A stretch of DNA of 64,000 nucleotides, taken from the NCBI GenBank assembly GCA_963748625.1, contig CAVVJT010000007.1:192001-256000 (forward strand), in the 5' to 3' direction. Position numbers and translations under genes: made by a program. The notes below the pieces were generated by a model. That model did not search any database. It was not told the DNA's origin and saw only the letters and a program-made list of their open reading frames with translations. How positions within the stretch are numbered: position 1 is the first letter of the stretch; each line of letters begins with the position of its first letter. Shown in pieces: positions 9,453-19,853 of the stretch. This stretch comes from an uncultured Chloroflexia bacterium (lineage in GTDB: Bacteria > Chloroflexota > Limnocylindria > Limnocylindrales > CSP1-4).

Positions 9453-10976
9453 TCAGCCGGCGGCGACCCCCGGCACGAGGTCGACCAGGGCCTCGCGCAG
9501 CAGGCGCTCGTGCTCCGGCGTGGTGTAGTCGAGCAGCGGGTGCCCCGGGAGCTGGTGCTCGTGCAGGAAACCGTGCTCACGGATGAAGACCATGGGGTAG
9601 ATGCTCCCCTGCCCGTCAGCCTCGACCGTCATCGCGATCAGGTCCTCGGCGTGGCCGTCGAGGGCGTGGACAAGCGGCACGACGCCCTGGTCGCGGACGC
9701 CCTCGTCCGGCGTGACCGTCACCACGCGTGCGAGATAGCCCTTCTGGTGCCACAGCTCCGAGCGGTTCGTCGCCTCTCCAAGCAGGAGGCCGACGAGATC
9801 CTCGGGCGCGACGGACGGGCGCTCCTCCCGGAGACCGAAGTGGGTCCCGGCAATGTGCCTGGCGAGCAGCATCGAGTTGTAGCGGTGCCCGTGGACGGCG
9901 CCCGAGTAGGACGGGATACCGTGCCGGCGCATGCCGGGCGAGGCCTGGCTGATCGTGCCCGCGAAGTAGATGCCGGGCACGGTGGCACTCTCCCACATCG
10001 TGGTGACGGCAGGAAGCTTCGCCTGGCCGAACGTCGCCACGCCGAGATCCGGCAGGTCCTGCAGCGGGCACGTGAAGCCGGTGGCCGCGATGACCTCATC
10101 CGCTTCCACCACCATCTCCTCGCCCGTGTCGCTCCGGCTGACGCGGACCGCGTAGGCATCGCCCACGTGGTCGATCGCCAGGATCGACGCGGCCAGGATC
10201 TTCACGCCCAGGCCGAGGTAGGCGTCCTCGAACGGCTGCACGTAGCGGGCGCGGACGCCCACGAGCGACTTCGTCTCGAGCGCGGTCTTCGCGGGACTGG
10301 GCGAGCAGACGGTGATGGACGACGCCCAGGCCGCCAGGCCGGACGCAAGCTCGAACCCGGAGTTCTGCTTGCCGATGATGAACAGCCGCTTGCCCGCGTA
10401 GTAGGAGGGCTCCTGCGTGTCCGCGTAGTGGCGCGCATGCTCGATGCCGGGCTTCGCGGGGCTCCACGGCTGGGCCACGCCGACGGCGAGGACCAGGATC
10501 CGGCAGCGGTACTCGCCCGCGGTCGTATCGAGCACGAACGTGGTCCCGTCGGGACCCTCCTCCTTGCGCGTGCGCTCCCAGCGGGTGGCGTAGCGGACCG
10601 TGATGCCCGCGCGCTCGGCGAACGCCTCGAGGTTCGCCTGCATCTCCGGGCGGGACGGGTAGTAGGTGGTGCCGTCCATGAACTCCGCCTGGAGCGAGCG
10701 GAGCTCGGGCTCGTCGGCGAGGAGGCTGTTCCAGTCGTAGCGCTGGTACTCGGGCGCCGTCCGGTCCACCGGTGCGTACGGCTTGGTCCACGAGAGGAGG
10801 CGCTGGAAGAAGGGCCACTTGCGGAACATGCCGCCAGCGCCATCGTCCGCGGAGAGGACCGCGTGGGGCACGCCGTACTTGCGCAGGCCGTAGGAGACCT
10901 GAAGACCACCCGGGCCGGAGCCGATGACGATGACCGGGTATTCGCCCGGCGGGAACGGCCGGGTATCCGTCTCCAC
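9453..10976 (-). CDS. FAD/NAD(P)-dependent oxidoreductase, FOXRED2-like
   Basis: GSGPGG FAD motif, second Rossmann IIGKQNSG, ATGF, and RYDWNSLL and HGHRY segments. Confidence 0.8.
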   Translation of the reverse strand: METDTRPFPPGEYPVIVIGSGPGGLQVSYGLRKYGVPHAVLSADDGAGGMFRKWPFFQRLLSWTKPYAPVDRTAPEYQRYDWNSLLADEPELRSLQAEFMDGTTYYPSRPEMQANLEAFAERAGITVRYATRWERTRKEEGPDGTTFVLDTTAGEYRCRILVLAVGVAQPWSPAKPGIEHARHYADTQEPSYYAGKRLFIIGKQNSGFELASGLAAWASSITVCSPSPAKTALETKSLVGVRARYVQPFEDAYLGLGVKILAASILAIDHVGDAYAVRVSRSDTGEEMVVEADEVIAATGFTCPLQDLPDLGVATFGQAKLPAVTTMWESATVPGIYFAGTISQASPGMRRHGIPSYSGAVHGHRYNSMLLARHIAGTHFGLREERPSVAPEDLVGLLLGEATNRSELWHQKGYLARVVTVTPDEGVRDQGVVPLVHALDGHAEDLIAMTVEADGQGSIYPMVFIREHGFLHEHQLPGHPLLDYTTPEHERLLREALVDLVPGVAAG

Positions 10977-10978
10977 GT

Positions 10979-11401
10979 TCAGCTCCGCCAGCGGTTGGCG
11001 TTCCGAAGGCGGCGCGCCTGGGCCTGGAGCATCCGGAACATGACGTGCGGGTAGGCGAGCAGGAACGGCTGGACGGAGGGACCGGGCGCAACGATGCAGG
11101 TGAGGGTCGTCTGGGCGACCACGTCGGCGGTGGGCGGCTCACCCAGCAGGATGCTGACCTCGCCGAAGAACTCGCCCCGATGCAGGACGTTCCGGCTGAC
11201 CCCGTCGATGACGACCTCCGCCGAGCCCTCGAGGATGATGTAGAAGCCCGAGCCGGTCAGGCCCTGGCGCAGGATCCGCTCACCCTGCGGGAACACCGTC
11301 TCCTCGAACAGCCCCGCGACGCCCAGCAGCTGCGGCGTCTGGAGATCTCCGAAGAGCGCGAACCCGGCGAGGATGTCGGCCAGCTCCTCTCGCGTGGCCA
11401 C
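10979..11401 (-). CDS. Stand-alone cyclic nucleotide-binding domain protein
   Basis: ILRQG..GSGFYIILEG and GEFFGEVSIL; GTG start after GGAGGAGG. Confidence 0.85.
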   Translation of the reverse strand: MATREELADILAGFALFGDLQTPQLLGVAGLFEETVFPQGERILRQGLTGSGFYIILEGSAEVVIDGVSRNVLHRGEFFGEVSILLGEPPTADVVAQTTLTCIVAPGPSVQPFLLAYPHVMFRMLQAQARRLRNANRWRS

Positions 11402-11606
11402 GGTGTCGTCCTCCTCCACTCCCCGGTCGACACGGCCACGCACCCGGGGCCGCTGCGGGATACTCGCACAGAACGAGGTCCCGGTGCTTGGCGGTTGGCC
11501 GACGCCCCGCGGCCGGCTCGGGAGCGCCCTGTCGCGGGCGTACGATGCACTCCATGCAGGCGACCAGCGAGACCCCGAGGACGGATCGCACCGTCCCCGT
11601 GGCAAC

Positions 11607-12935
11607 GTGACCGGGCGGGGCCGGCTCGGGTCCCTCGGCTACCGGGCGTACGGCCGCTTCCACCGTGATGCCCGGCTGATCCTCGTCACCAGCCTGGTCA
11701 CGGGTGCCGCGATCAGCCTCTGGTGGATCGACTTCAACCTGTACCTGGTCGCGCTCGGGTTCACGCCATCCACGATCGGGGTCGTCGCGACGATCTCGTC
11801 CATCGCCGGTGCCATCGTGGCGTTCCCGGCCAGCGCGGCCTCGGACCGGATCGGCCGGCGGGCCGTCTTCCTCGGCGGCCTCGGCGCGAGCCTCGTTGCG
11901 CTGCTCGCCCTGCTGGGCGGTGGCGAGGCGCTGCCCGTGGTGATCCTCGCGGCCGCCTGCTGGTCCGCCGGCAACCAGGCGTTCCAGGTGGTCGTGTCGC
12001 CGTACATGACCGAGCACAGCGACGCCTCGCACCGCAACGAGCTGTTCGCGATCCAGTTCGCGATCCAGAACATCACCAATATCGCTGCCGCCGTGCTGGG
12101 TGGGGTGGTGGCGACGTGGCTGGCGGCCTCGCTGGGCATGCCCGACGGTGGGCCGGGGACCTACCGGATCATCCTGGTGATCATGACCGTGCTGCTCGCG
12201 GCCGGGCTGCTGTCGGTGCTGCGGCTCGCTGATGACCGGCCGAGCAAGACGATCGCGCCGCGGCTGCGCAAGCTTGGCGAACCCGCGGCCTTCCCGGCTG
12301 ACCCGCGCCGCTCGCGCACGGTCATGGGCATCACGGTCCGCGACCGCGCGCGCTTCGCGAAGCTGCTCCTGCCGGGCCTGCTGATCTCGATCGGCGCGGG
12401 CCAGGTCATCCCGTTCCTGAACATGTTCATCCAGCGCAAGTTCGGGCTCGATCTCGCGGAGCTCAACGCGGTCTTCGCGCTCACCGCGCTGGGCACCACG
12501 GCGGCGATCCTCTACCAGCCGCGGCTCGCCCGCCGGTTCGGCCAGATCACCTCCGTGGTGATCGTCCAGGCACTGAGCATCCCGTTCCTGGTGATCCTCG
12601 GCTTCTCGCCGGTGCTGTGGACCGTGATCGCCGCGATGACCGTGCGCAACTCACTGATGAACGCCGGCAACCCGATCTTCAACGCGTTCTCGATGGAGGA
12701 GGTGGACCCGTCCGAGCGCGCCACCCTGTCGGCTGCGATGAGCGTCCTGTGGCAGGTGGGCTGGATCATCGGTGGCATCTGGTACGCCGTCCTCCAGGCG
12801 ACGGTGGGATTCAACGCCGGGTACACCGTCAACTTCGTCACGATCATCACGCTCTACACGACCGCCACGATCCTGTACTGGATCTGGTTCCGCCCCGTCG
12901 ACCGGCGCAAGCTGGCGGCACGGCGGGCAGCCTGA
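11607..12935 (+). CDS. MFS transporter
   Basis: Motif A (SDRIGRR) and about 12 hydrophobic segments. The start codon is uncertain. Confidence 0.88.
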   Translation: MTGRGRLGSLGYRAYGRFHRDARLILVTSLVTGAAISLWWIDFNLYLVALGFTPSTIGVVATISSIAGAIVAFPASAASDRIGRRAVFLGGLGASLVALLALLGGGEALPVVILAAACWSAGNQAFQVVVSPYMTEHSDASHRNELFAIQFAIQNITNIAAAVLGGVVATWLAASLGMPDGGPGTYRIILVIMTVLLAAGLLSVLRLADDRPSKTIAPRLRKLGEPAAFPADPRRSRTVMGITVRDRARFAKLLLPGLLISIGAGQVIPFLNMFIQRKFGLDLAELNAVFALTALGTTAAILYQPRLARRFGQITSVVIVQALSIPFLVILGFSPVLWTVIAAMTVRNSLMNAGNPIFNAFSMEEVDPSERATLSAAMSVLWQVGWIIGGIWYAVLQATVGFNAGYTVNFVTIITLYTTATILYWIWFRPVDRRKLAARRAA

Positions 12936-12996
12936 CAGGGCATGGACAGGCTCCGTGACCGTACCTGGGGACCCTCGTGATGTACCGTCCGCGGGG

Positions 12997-13024
12997 TTGA
13001 CTCTCTGTCAGATTGTCCTACAGT
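12997..13024 (+). promoter_or_regulatory. Promoter with embedded GntR-type operator, copy 1 (sugar ABC operon 1)
   Basis: TTGACT-CTCTGTCAGATTGTCC-TACAGT, 16-nt spacer; the motif recurs 8 times. Confidence 0.8.
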
Positions 13025-13117
13025 ACGTTGGACGATGGCGCTGGAGCTAGAACGACTCCGCGCACCCGTTGGCGGGTCCCCGCAACCCAGCGGGCGGCCC
13101 TGATGGTAGGAGGAGTC

Positions 13118-14257
13118 ATGCGCAGATTGTCCGGCCGGGGATTGGCCATCGCCGCGATCGCCGCCCTCATCGTCTCGGCATGCGGGAGTGCAGCGTCGCC
13201 TGCGCCCTCTGCTGAAGCGACGGCAGCACCCCAGGCATCCGGGAGTCCGGCCGCGATGACAGGCTGGCCGTACACAGGCAGCCTGAAGGACGGGTCCACG
13301 TTCACCCTGAATCCCCGTGTCGTGGAGAAGCTGCAGAAGGGTGAGCCGATCAACTACGTGTTCAACTACGGCTCCACGGCGATCCCGCTCTTCTCGCCGC
13401 AGTACCTCCAGGGCTACGAGAAGACGCTTCCGGAGGCCCAGAAGATCCTGCCGATGAACGGCACGGCAAGCGCGCCGTCGTCCGCGGTCCAGGACATGAA
13501 CGAGCAGATCGCGATGATCGACGCGCTCTGGAAGGCAGACCAGGTTGACTGCCTGTCGATCCAGTCGACGGGCACCGACGTCTTCACGAAGATCGTGAAC
13601 GACATCGAGGCCTCGGGCATCCCGGTGTTCACCGTCGGTGTCGAGTCCAACGGCAACGAGCTGACGAACTTCACCCAGATCTCCATGAAGGAAGGTCGCC
13701 AGGCGGCGCAGATCGTCGTGGACTGGATGAAGGAGACCGGCCAGGATCTCAAGGTGTTCGCCGTCTCCGGTGGCGATCCCACGCAGAACTGGGCGCAGGG
13801 CCGGATGCAGGGGTTCATCGACGGCATCACGGAAGCCATCCCGGATGCGACATTCCTCAATGACGCCAGCAGCGCGCTGACGACCTCCTACGACCCGGCC
13901 GCGACGTACGACGCCTACAAGGCCTTCATCCAGGGCAACCCGACCGTCCAGGTCATCGAGAACGTGGACATCGGGGCAGAGCACGCGGCCCGCGCGATCG
14001 AGGATTCGGGCAACGCCGGCAAGACCTTCGCCCTCGGCTGGAACGTCAGCATCGGCCAGCTCGATGCGATCGATGCCGGGACCCAGATCGTGGCGCTCGA
14101 CCAGCAGTGGGGCGAGCAGGCAGGCTTCGGGGCACTCGCCTGTGCCGAGTTCCTGAAGAACGGCAAGATCCTGCCCAACAGCCAGGAGCTCAAGCCGGTC
14201 ACGAAGGCGAATTCGGCCGAAGCCCGCACGGAGTTCATGAAGTTCGTCTCGGAGTAG
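13118..14257 (+). CDS. Sugar ABC transporter substrate-binding lipoprotein (RbsB-like)
   Basis: Lipobox VSAC, GIPVFTV and RMQGFIDG; ATG after AGGAGGAG. Confidence 0.88.
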   Translation: MRRLSGRGLAIAAIAALIVSACGSAASPAPSAEATAAPQASGSPAAMTGWPYTGSLKDGSTFTLNPRVVEKLQKGEPINYVFNYGSTAIPLFSPQYLQGYEKTLPEAQKILPMNGTASAPSSAVQDMNEQIAMIDALWKADQVDCLSIQSTGTDVFTKIVNDIEASGIPVFTVGVESNGNELTNFTQISMKEGRQAAQIVVDWMKETGQDLKVFAVSGGDPTQNWAQGRMQGFIDGITEAIPDATFLNDASSALTTSYDPAATYDAYKAFIQGNPTVQVIENVDIGAEHAARAIEDSGNAGKTFALGWNVSIGQLDAIDAGTQIVALDQQWGEQAGFGALACAEFLKNGKILPNSQELKPVTKANSAEARTEFMKFVSE

Positions 14258-14273
14258 ACCTCCCATCTGGTAC

Positions 14274-14315
14274 GGCGGTCCGGCGGGCGACGCACGCGTC
14301 GCGCTCCGGACCGCC
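14274..14315. terminator. Hairpin after the SBP gene
   Basis: GGCGGTCCGG...CCGGACCGCC stem with an internal GCGACGC/GCGTCGC stem. Confidence 0.5.
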
Positions 14316-14355
14316 ACGCACTCATCCCTGACCGCGCACGAGGAGCTTCCCCAGG

Positions 14356-15423
14356 ATGGCCGCAGACCCGCCCGCGCAGGTGCCCGATCCGCTCACCACA
14401 GGTGCAGCAGTCCCGTGGTCTGCCCGCGCACGGGAGGTCGGCCTGCGTGTCGGGGGCCTCGTGTTCGCGATCATCATCGTCATCGCGGTCTTCGCGATCC
14501 TGAGCAAGCCGAACACCTTCCTGACGATCACGAACGGGCTCGGGATCATGCGCTCGATGAGCACGCTCGCAATCGTCGGGCTGGGGCTCACCCTTGTCGT
14601 CGTCGTCGGTGAGATCGACCTCTCGATCGGCTACATGTACGGGCTCGCCGCCACCCTGTGCGCCGTTGCGTGGATCAACTGGGGCTGGCCCGTCTACCTG
14701 GCGATCGCATTCGCGCTTGGCTGCGCGGCCGTGGTCGGCATGATCAATGGGCTGCTCGTCACGATCGTCAAGATCCCATCCTTCATCGTCACGCTCGGCA
14801 TGGGCCAGCTCATCTTCGGAATGACGCTGCTCACGTCGAACACGGCCAACCTCAACCCCTCGTATCCGACAGGCGGCAAGCCGGTCCCCCAGGGCGAGAT
14901 CGACTGGTTCTTCGGGCTCGCGAACCAGGACCTCCCCTTCGACATCCCGATGCAGGGCCTCTGGATGATCGGCATTGCCATCGTCGTCGGCTTCGTGCTC
15001 GCCCGGTCGCTCTTCGGCTTCCGGCTGAAAGCCATAGGCGGCAACGCCCTCGCGGCCGAGCTCGCCCGGCTCCCGATCCGCAAGTACAAGTTCGTCGCAT
15101 TCATGACCTGCTCGATGCTTGCGGCCGCGGCCGCGATCCTCGACTTCTCGTTCATCGGATCGACGCAGCCGAATGCCGGGGTCTCCCTCACCTTCCCGGT
15201 CTTCGCCGCCGTGATCATCGGCGGTGCGAGCCTGTCGGGCGGGCGCGGCTCCGCTCTCGGGACGCTGAGCGGCGCACTGCTCCTCGCGGTCATCGGCAAT
15301 GGCCTCGCGCTGCTCTCGGTCGGCTCGTACCTGAGCCAGTTCGCGTACGGCGGCGTGACGATCGCCGCGGTCGTCCTCGACCGCTTCACGCAGAGCCTCC
15401 GCAAGGAGGGCCAGCGTGGCTGA
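14356..15423 (+). CDS. Sugar ABC transporter permease (RbsC-like)
   Basis: GEIDLSIG, KIPSFIVTLG, AIGGN and AAVIIGGASLSGGRG. Confidence 0.93.
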   Translation: MAADPPAQVPDPLTTGAAVPWSARAREVGLRVGGLVFAIIIVIAVFAILSKPNTFLTITNGLGIMRSMSTLAIVGLGLTLVVVVGEIDLSIGYMYGLAATLCAVAWINWGWPVYLAIAFALGCAAVVGMINGLLVTIVKIPSFIVTLGMGQLIFGMTLLTSNTANLNPSYPTGGKPVPQGEIDWFFGLANQDLPFDIPMQGLWMIGIAIVVGFVLARSLFGFRLKAIGGNALAAELARLPIRKYKFVAFMTCSMLAAAAAILDFSFIGSTQPNAGVSLTFPVFAAVIIGGASLSGGRGSALGTLSGALLLAVIGNGLALLSVGSYLSQFAYGGVTIAAVVLDRFTQSLRKEGQRG

Positions 15424-16990
15424 CGAGGTCGGGCCGCCCCGCACGGACCCGGCGACAGGCGCGTCGCCAGGTGGCCTCGTCCTCCGGGGTGTGAAGAAGT
15501 GGTACGGCGACACGCACGCGCTCGATGGTCTCGACCTCCACGCGCAGGGCGGAGAAATCCTCGGGGTGGCCGGACCGAATGGCGCCGGCAAGAGCACGAT
15601 GATCAAGGTCCTTGCCGGCGAGGTCAGAGAGGACAGCGGCACGTTCCTGCTCGACGGTGCGGAGTGGCGGCCGATGGAGCACCGCGACCGCGTCGCCGTC
15701 GTGCACCAGGAGCCGCAGCTGTTCCCGAACCTCACGGTCGCCGAGAACATGATGATCGGCCGCGAGGGAACCCGAGCGCTCGTCCGAGGCCTCGACGCCA
15801 GGGAGCGGGCGCTGATGGAGGACCTCGCGATCCTTGACTACGCGGACCGCCCGCTGGGGTCCGTGCCGCTCGCGATGCGCCAGCGCGTCGAGATCGGGCG
15901 TGCGCTCGCCCGGGATGCGCGGGTCTTCCTGTTCGACGAGCCGAACTCCGCCCTCACGCAGGAGGAGTCGAGCGACCTCTTCCGGCGCATGCACTTGCTT
16001 GCTGACGCGGGTGCCGTGGTCATCCTGGTCTCGCACCGGATCGCCGAGCTCGCCGAGCACGCGGCGCGCGTGGCCCTCATCCTCGACGGCCGGTGCACGG
16101 ACGTCCTCGAGGGCGATGCGATGTCCCAGGAAGGGATCGCGGCCGGCCTGGTGACGGGCCAGACCGCCCACGAGCCTGCCGCCGAGCTCGCCCGCCAGAT
16201 GAACGACGTCGCCGGCATGGCCCTGCGTCTCACGGGCTGGACGAGCGCCGAACGCGCCTTCACCGGGATCGACCTGGCCGTCCACGCAGGCGAGATCGTC
16301 GCCATCGTGGGCGTCGAAGGCTCGGGCGGACGCGAGCTCGTGCGCTCGATCGCCGGCTTTGAGCGCAGCACGGGCTCGATCGACGTCGCTGGTCGCGATG
16401 ACGCCGCATCGCTGGCGGCCGGGACTGGCCTCGTGTCCGCGGACCGCGCGGCGAGCCTCTTCGGGAACCTGAGCATCGCGGACAACATGGTCTCGCGGCT
16501 CGACCGCGAGATCGCGACCCGGGGCGGCGCCCTCCGCCGGGGCCGCATGGCACAGGTCGCGGGCGATCTCCGCGCGCGGTTCGGGGTGAAGGCGGGCTCG
16601 CTCGACAGGCCGATCAACTCGCTCTCGGGCGGCAACCAGCAGAAGGTCGCGATCTCGGCGGCCGTCGTGAAGGGCCCCAAGGTCCTTGTGCTCGAGGAGC
16701 CGACCCGGGGCGTGGACATCGCATCGAAACGGGAGATCTACCGGATCCTCCGCGCGCTCGCGAACGAGGACCATGCCGTGGTCATGTTCTGCACGGAGGT
16801 GCCGGAGGTCTTCGAGGCAGCCGATCTCGCCTACGTCATGTCAGACGGGCACATCTCCGCGCCCCTCGTCGTCACCGACTTCGAGGACGTCGAGGCCCTC
16901 GCGCGGGCGATCACGCGCCTGGAGCGCCACGGTCGCGTCGGGCCAGCCGCGGCGGTGCCGCCGACACCCCAGGCGGCGCCGGCCGTCTAA
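15416..16990 (+). CDS. Sugar ABC transporter ATP-binding protein (RbsA-like, two NBDs)
   Basis: Walker A GPNGAGKST, LSGGNQQKV and EEPTRGVD. Confidence 0.93.
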   Translation: MADEVGPPRTDPATGASPGGLVLRGVKKWYGDTHALDGLDLHAQGGEILGVAGPNGAGKSTMIKVLAGEVREDSGTFLLDGAEWRPMEHRDRVAVVHQEPQLFPNLTVAENMMIGREGTRALVRGLDARERALMEDLAILDYADRPLGSVPLAMRQRVEIGRALARDARVFLFDEPNSALTQEESSDLFRRMHLLADAGAVVILVSHRIAELAEHAARVALILDGRCTDVLEGDAMSQEGIAAGLVTGQTAHEPAAELARQMNDVAGMALRLTGWTSAERAFTGIDLAVHAGEIVAIVGVEGSGGRELVRSIAGFERSTGSIDVAGRDDAASLAAGTGLVSADRAASLFGNLSIADNMVSRLDREIATRGGALRRGRMAQVAGDLRARFGVKAGSLDRPINSLSGGNQQKVAISAAVVKGPKVLVLEEPTRGVDIASKREIYRILRALANEDHAVVMFCTEVPEVFEAADLAYVMSDGHISAPLVVTDFEDVEALARAITRLERHGRVGPAAAVPPTPQAAPAV

Positions 16991-17276
16991 GTGCTTGCAG
17001 CCCACGTCGAGGGCGGGACACCCAGGTCATGGAGATGGAGCCACTGGATACCCTGCCGCGCCCGGCGGCGCCCCAGATATGGGGGGATTCGAGGGGTTCC
17101 ACGATGGGCTGGATGCCCAGACTGTCGATCCGCGGGTTGATCCCCGTGGGCTGCGGCCCGTTTCGCCCCATGCTTGGGGGATGGACCTCGACGGGGCGGC
17201 GAGAACGTCCCGGCAGGCCGTCCGTCAACCCGCGACCGAACAGTGAATCGGGACTCCAGGCGGCGTCGGCCGTCTA
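16969..17276. repeat. 21-bp direct repeats flanking a 266-bp intergenic segment
   Basis: CCAGGCGGCGCCGGCCGTCTA (16969-16989) versus CCAGGCGGCGTCGGCCGTCTA (17256-17276), one mismatch. Confidence 0.6.
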
Positions 17277-17384
17277 GGCGGCACGGGGGCCCCTGTGGCG
17301 GCACGGGGCCCCTGTGGCCATTCGAGGAGCCGCCCGGCCCGTGGCGCGAGCCGACGGGCGCGGACGGCGGTCGGAGGCTGACTC

Positions 17385-18275
17385 CTAGATCCGGTAGAAC
17401 TTCTCCGCGTTCCGGAAGAGCATCTTCTCCTGCTCGTCGCGGCTGAAGCTCTCGGCCAGGATCGTGCGGTACGCGTCCGTCTGCTCCAGGTACGTGGCGT
17501 ACAGGATGTCCACGGGCCAGTTGGTGCCGATCATCACCCGGTCCGGGCCGAAGGCCTCGATGCAGTGCATCACCCACGGCCGGATGGAGTCGATCGTCCA
17601 GCGGTTGTCGGCCATCCCGAACCCGGACACCTTGCAGGCGACGTTCGGCGCCTCGGCGAGCGCCGACATCTCGCTCTTCCACTGGGCGAAGTAGTCGGCG
17701 TCGCGCTGGACCGGGAAGCCGGCATGGCCGAGGATGACCTGGATGTCCGGGAACGCAAGCGCGACATCACGCCCGCTGATGAGCTTGCCCGGCGAGGCGT
17801 TGAGCTCGTAGGAGAGGCCGTGCTGGCGGAGCGCCGCGTAGCCCTTGCGGAACGTGGGGTTCTCGGCATCATCGGGATGGGACCGGATCCGGACGCCCCG
17901 CGTCAGGCTCGAGGCCTCGAGGTGGCGGACCAGCTGGGCCTCGCCGTCCTCGGCCTCGATGTCGCAGAAGACGACCAGCGCGTTGGGGAACCCGAACTCC
18001 TTCGCCACGGCGTCCAGCCACAGCGTCTCCTCGACCGGGTCCGGTCCGGCGTAGGCGGCCTCCACGTGGACGGACTTGATGACGTTGGCGCCGTAGAACT
18101 CCTTGAAGAAGCGCCACGGGTTGCCGATGGTCGAGCGGATCATCTTGTAGTCGCCCAGGAGTCCCGTGTGGCCCGCCCACCCCGGCTCCGTGAGCCAGTC
18201 GTAGTGGAACCGATCGAGCTCCCACAGGTGGTGGTGAGTATCGACCATCGGGATGCTGCGATCGACGTCGGTCAC
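17385..18275 (-). CDS. Amidohydrolase family protein (COG3618 sugar-lactonase-like)
   Basis: DTHHHLW, LGHAG, CKVSG and FGPDRVMIGTNWP. Confidence 0.88.
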   Translation of the reverse strand: MTDVDRSIPMVDTHHHLWELDRFHYDWLTEPGWAGHTGLLGDYKMIRSTIGNPWRFFKEFYGANVIKSVHVEAAYAGPDPVEETLWLDAVAKEFGFPNALVVFCDIEAEDGEAQLVRHLEASSLTRGVRIRSHPDDAENPTFRKGYAALRQHGLSYELNASPGKLISGRDVALAFPDIQVILGHAGFPVQRDADYFAQWKSEMSALAEAPNVACKVSGFGMADNRWTIDSIRPWVMHCIEAFGPDRVMIGTNWPVDILYATYLEQTDAYRTILAESFSRDEQEKMLFRNAEKFYRI

Positions 18276-18356
18276 GTGGCTTCCTCCTTGGCTACCCTGT
18301 TCCCGCTGATGCTAGGCTGCCGCGCCGGCCCGCCGGCGCGCGTCGCTGCCGGCACG

Positions 18357-19677
18357 CTACCGCGTGGCCAGCCGCATGGCGATGTCCGCCCACTCCCACA
18401 GGCGCTGCGGCTGGCCGCGGACGGTGCTGATGCCCTTGAAGATGAGCTCCACCGCGCAGCTGTGGCTCGCACACCGGTCGAGCGTGTCCTTCAGGTCACG
18501 CTCGACCAGGCCCGGATCCCACGAGTTCCCGGCCACGTACGACGGGTTGGGCTTGCGCGAGAAGACGTAGTCCGTCCCGATCTCGGCCGCCCCACGCTCC
18601 ACGTCTGCGAGCTGGGTGATCGAGACCTTCCGCACGTTGGGGACCATGCGGACGTACTCCATCTTCGTGTCGAGCGCTTCACAGCAGCCGAAGTACACGA
18701 GCCCGAAGCGCTCGCACCAGCGCTTCGCGTAGTCAACCTCGAACTCCTTGAACATCGCCGGCGAGACCGCGGTCAGGATCTGCGCCATGGCGGATGTCCA
18801 CACATCCTTCGGACGGACATGGTCGGGATCGAAGCCCGGGGCGGGAAGATCGTCGGTGTAGGCCCCGGTCGAGCGGATCTTGGACTGGCTGTGCCCGATC
18901 AGGCCCCGTGCCTCGAGATCGTCGAGCCACTCAAGGTGCGTCTCGGTCAGCCGGGCAAGGAGCCGGTGGACGAACTCGGGCCGCGCGCCCAGGTCGTAGA
19001 GGACGTTCTCGGCACCTCGCCAGTAGACGATCTGATCCCACAGCGCCCACGCGACGTTGCCCGCGGTGTCCGGGTACATCCCGGTGACGAGGTCGCGGGT
19101 GCCCGGCTCCGCCGCCAGGCCGGGCCACTGCTGGGCCTCCGGAAGCCAGCCCTGCATCCGGATCGGCATGATGCCGTCGAAGATCTCGTGGGAGCGTGCC
19201 TCCACCATCGCGGTGGCCTCGGCATCGAAGACGACCACCGGCGTGTGGATCTTGTCGATGTCCTCGTCGGTCTGGACCTGGTCGTGGAACTCGTGCGCGA
19301 CGACGTCGTTGCCGGGATCGACAGCTGCCGTGCGTCTCGTGGATCCGGATGCCGAAGCCTTCCATGCGCATGACCTTCGGCATGACCCACACCGGATCGA
19401 CGACCATGTCCACCCGGAAGTGGTTCCACTGGTAGAGGATCCGGCGCAGCATCGTCTCGACGCCACGCCCGAACGGGTCCTCCGCCTGGAGCGTCAGCTC
19501 GTCGTCGACGTTGAGCTCGTGCCACGGGATCCCGTCGATCTGCACCATCGGCCTGACGGGGTGGAGGTCATTGACGGCCTTCCACAGCGAGATCTTCTCC
19601 TGCTGGACCGGCAGGGCCGCGATGTCGGCGACCTGACTCGCAAGCCCGCGGAGGATCATCAGGTCCTTCTGGTTCAT
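18357..19677 (-). CDS. UroD/MtaA-fold TIM-barrel protein of unknown function, frameshift near 19330
   Basis: The N-terminal frame (MNQKDL...HPVRPMV) joins a frame with WRGAENVLYDL..RPEFVH, VSPAMFKEF and YFGCCE. Confidence 0.65.
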
Positions 19678-19754
19678 CGGCCTACCGTTCCTTCTCACTG
19701 CAGGATCTCAACGGTGGATGTGGGTCCACCCACGCTGCGTCCCGGCTCTCACGA

Positions 19755-19782
19755 ACTGTAGGACAATCCAGCAACTCGTCAA
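19755..19782 (-). promoter_or_regulatory. Promoter with embedded GntR-type operator, copy 2
   Basis: Reverse complement is TTGACG-AGTTGCTGGATTGTCC-TACAGT, about 80 bp upstream of the 19677 start. Confidence 0.8.
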
Positions 19783-19853
19783 GTCCCTTCGGACGCCCCC
19801 GACCAGGGCCGGTCGGGCTGCCGGCAGCGGGTGTGGCCTGCCGCGAGCCGGTC

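Noticed and set aside
12936-12996. Mobile-element boundary of the island
   Set aside because: No integrase, transposase, tRNA or att-like repeat was seen.
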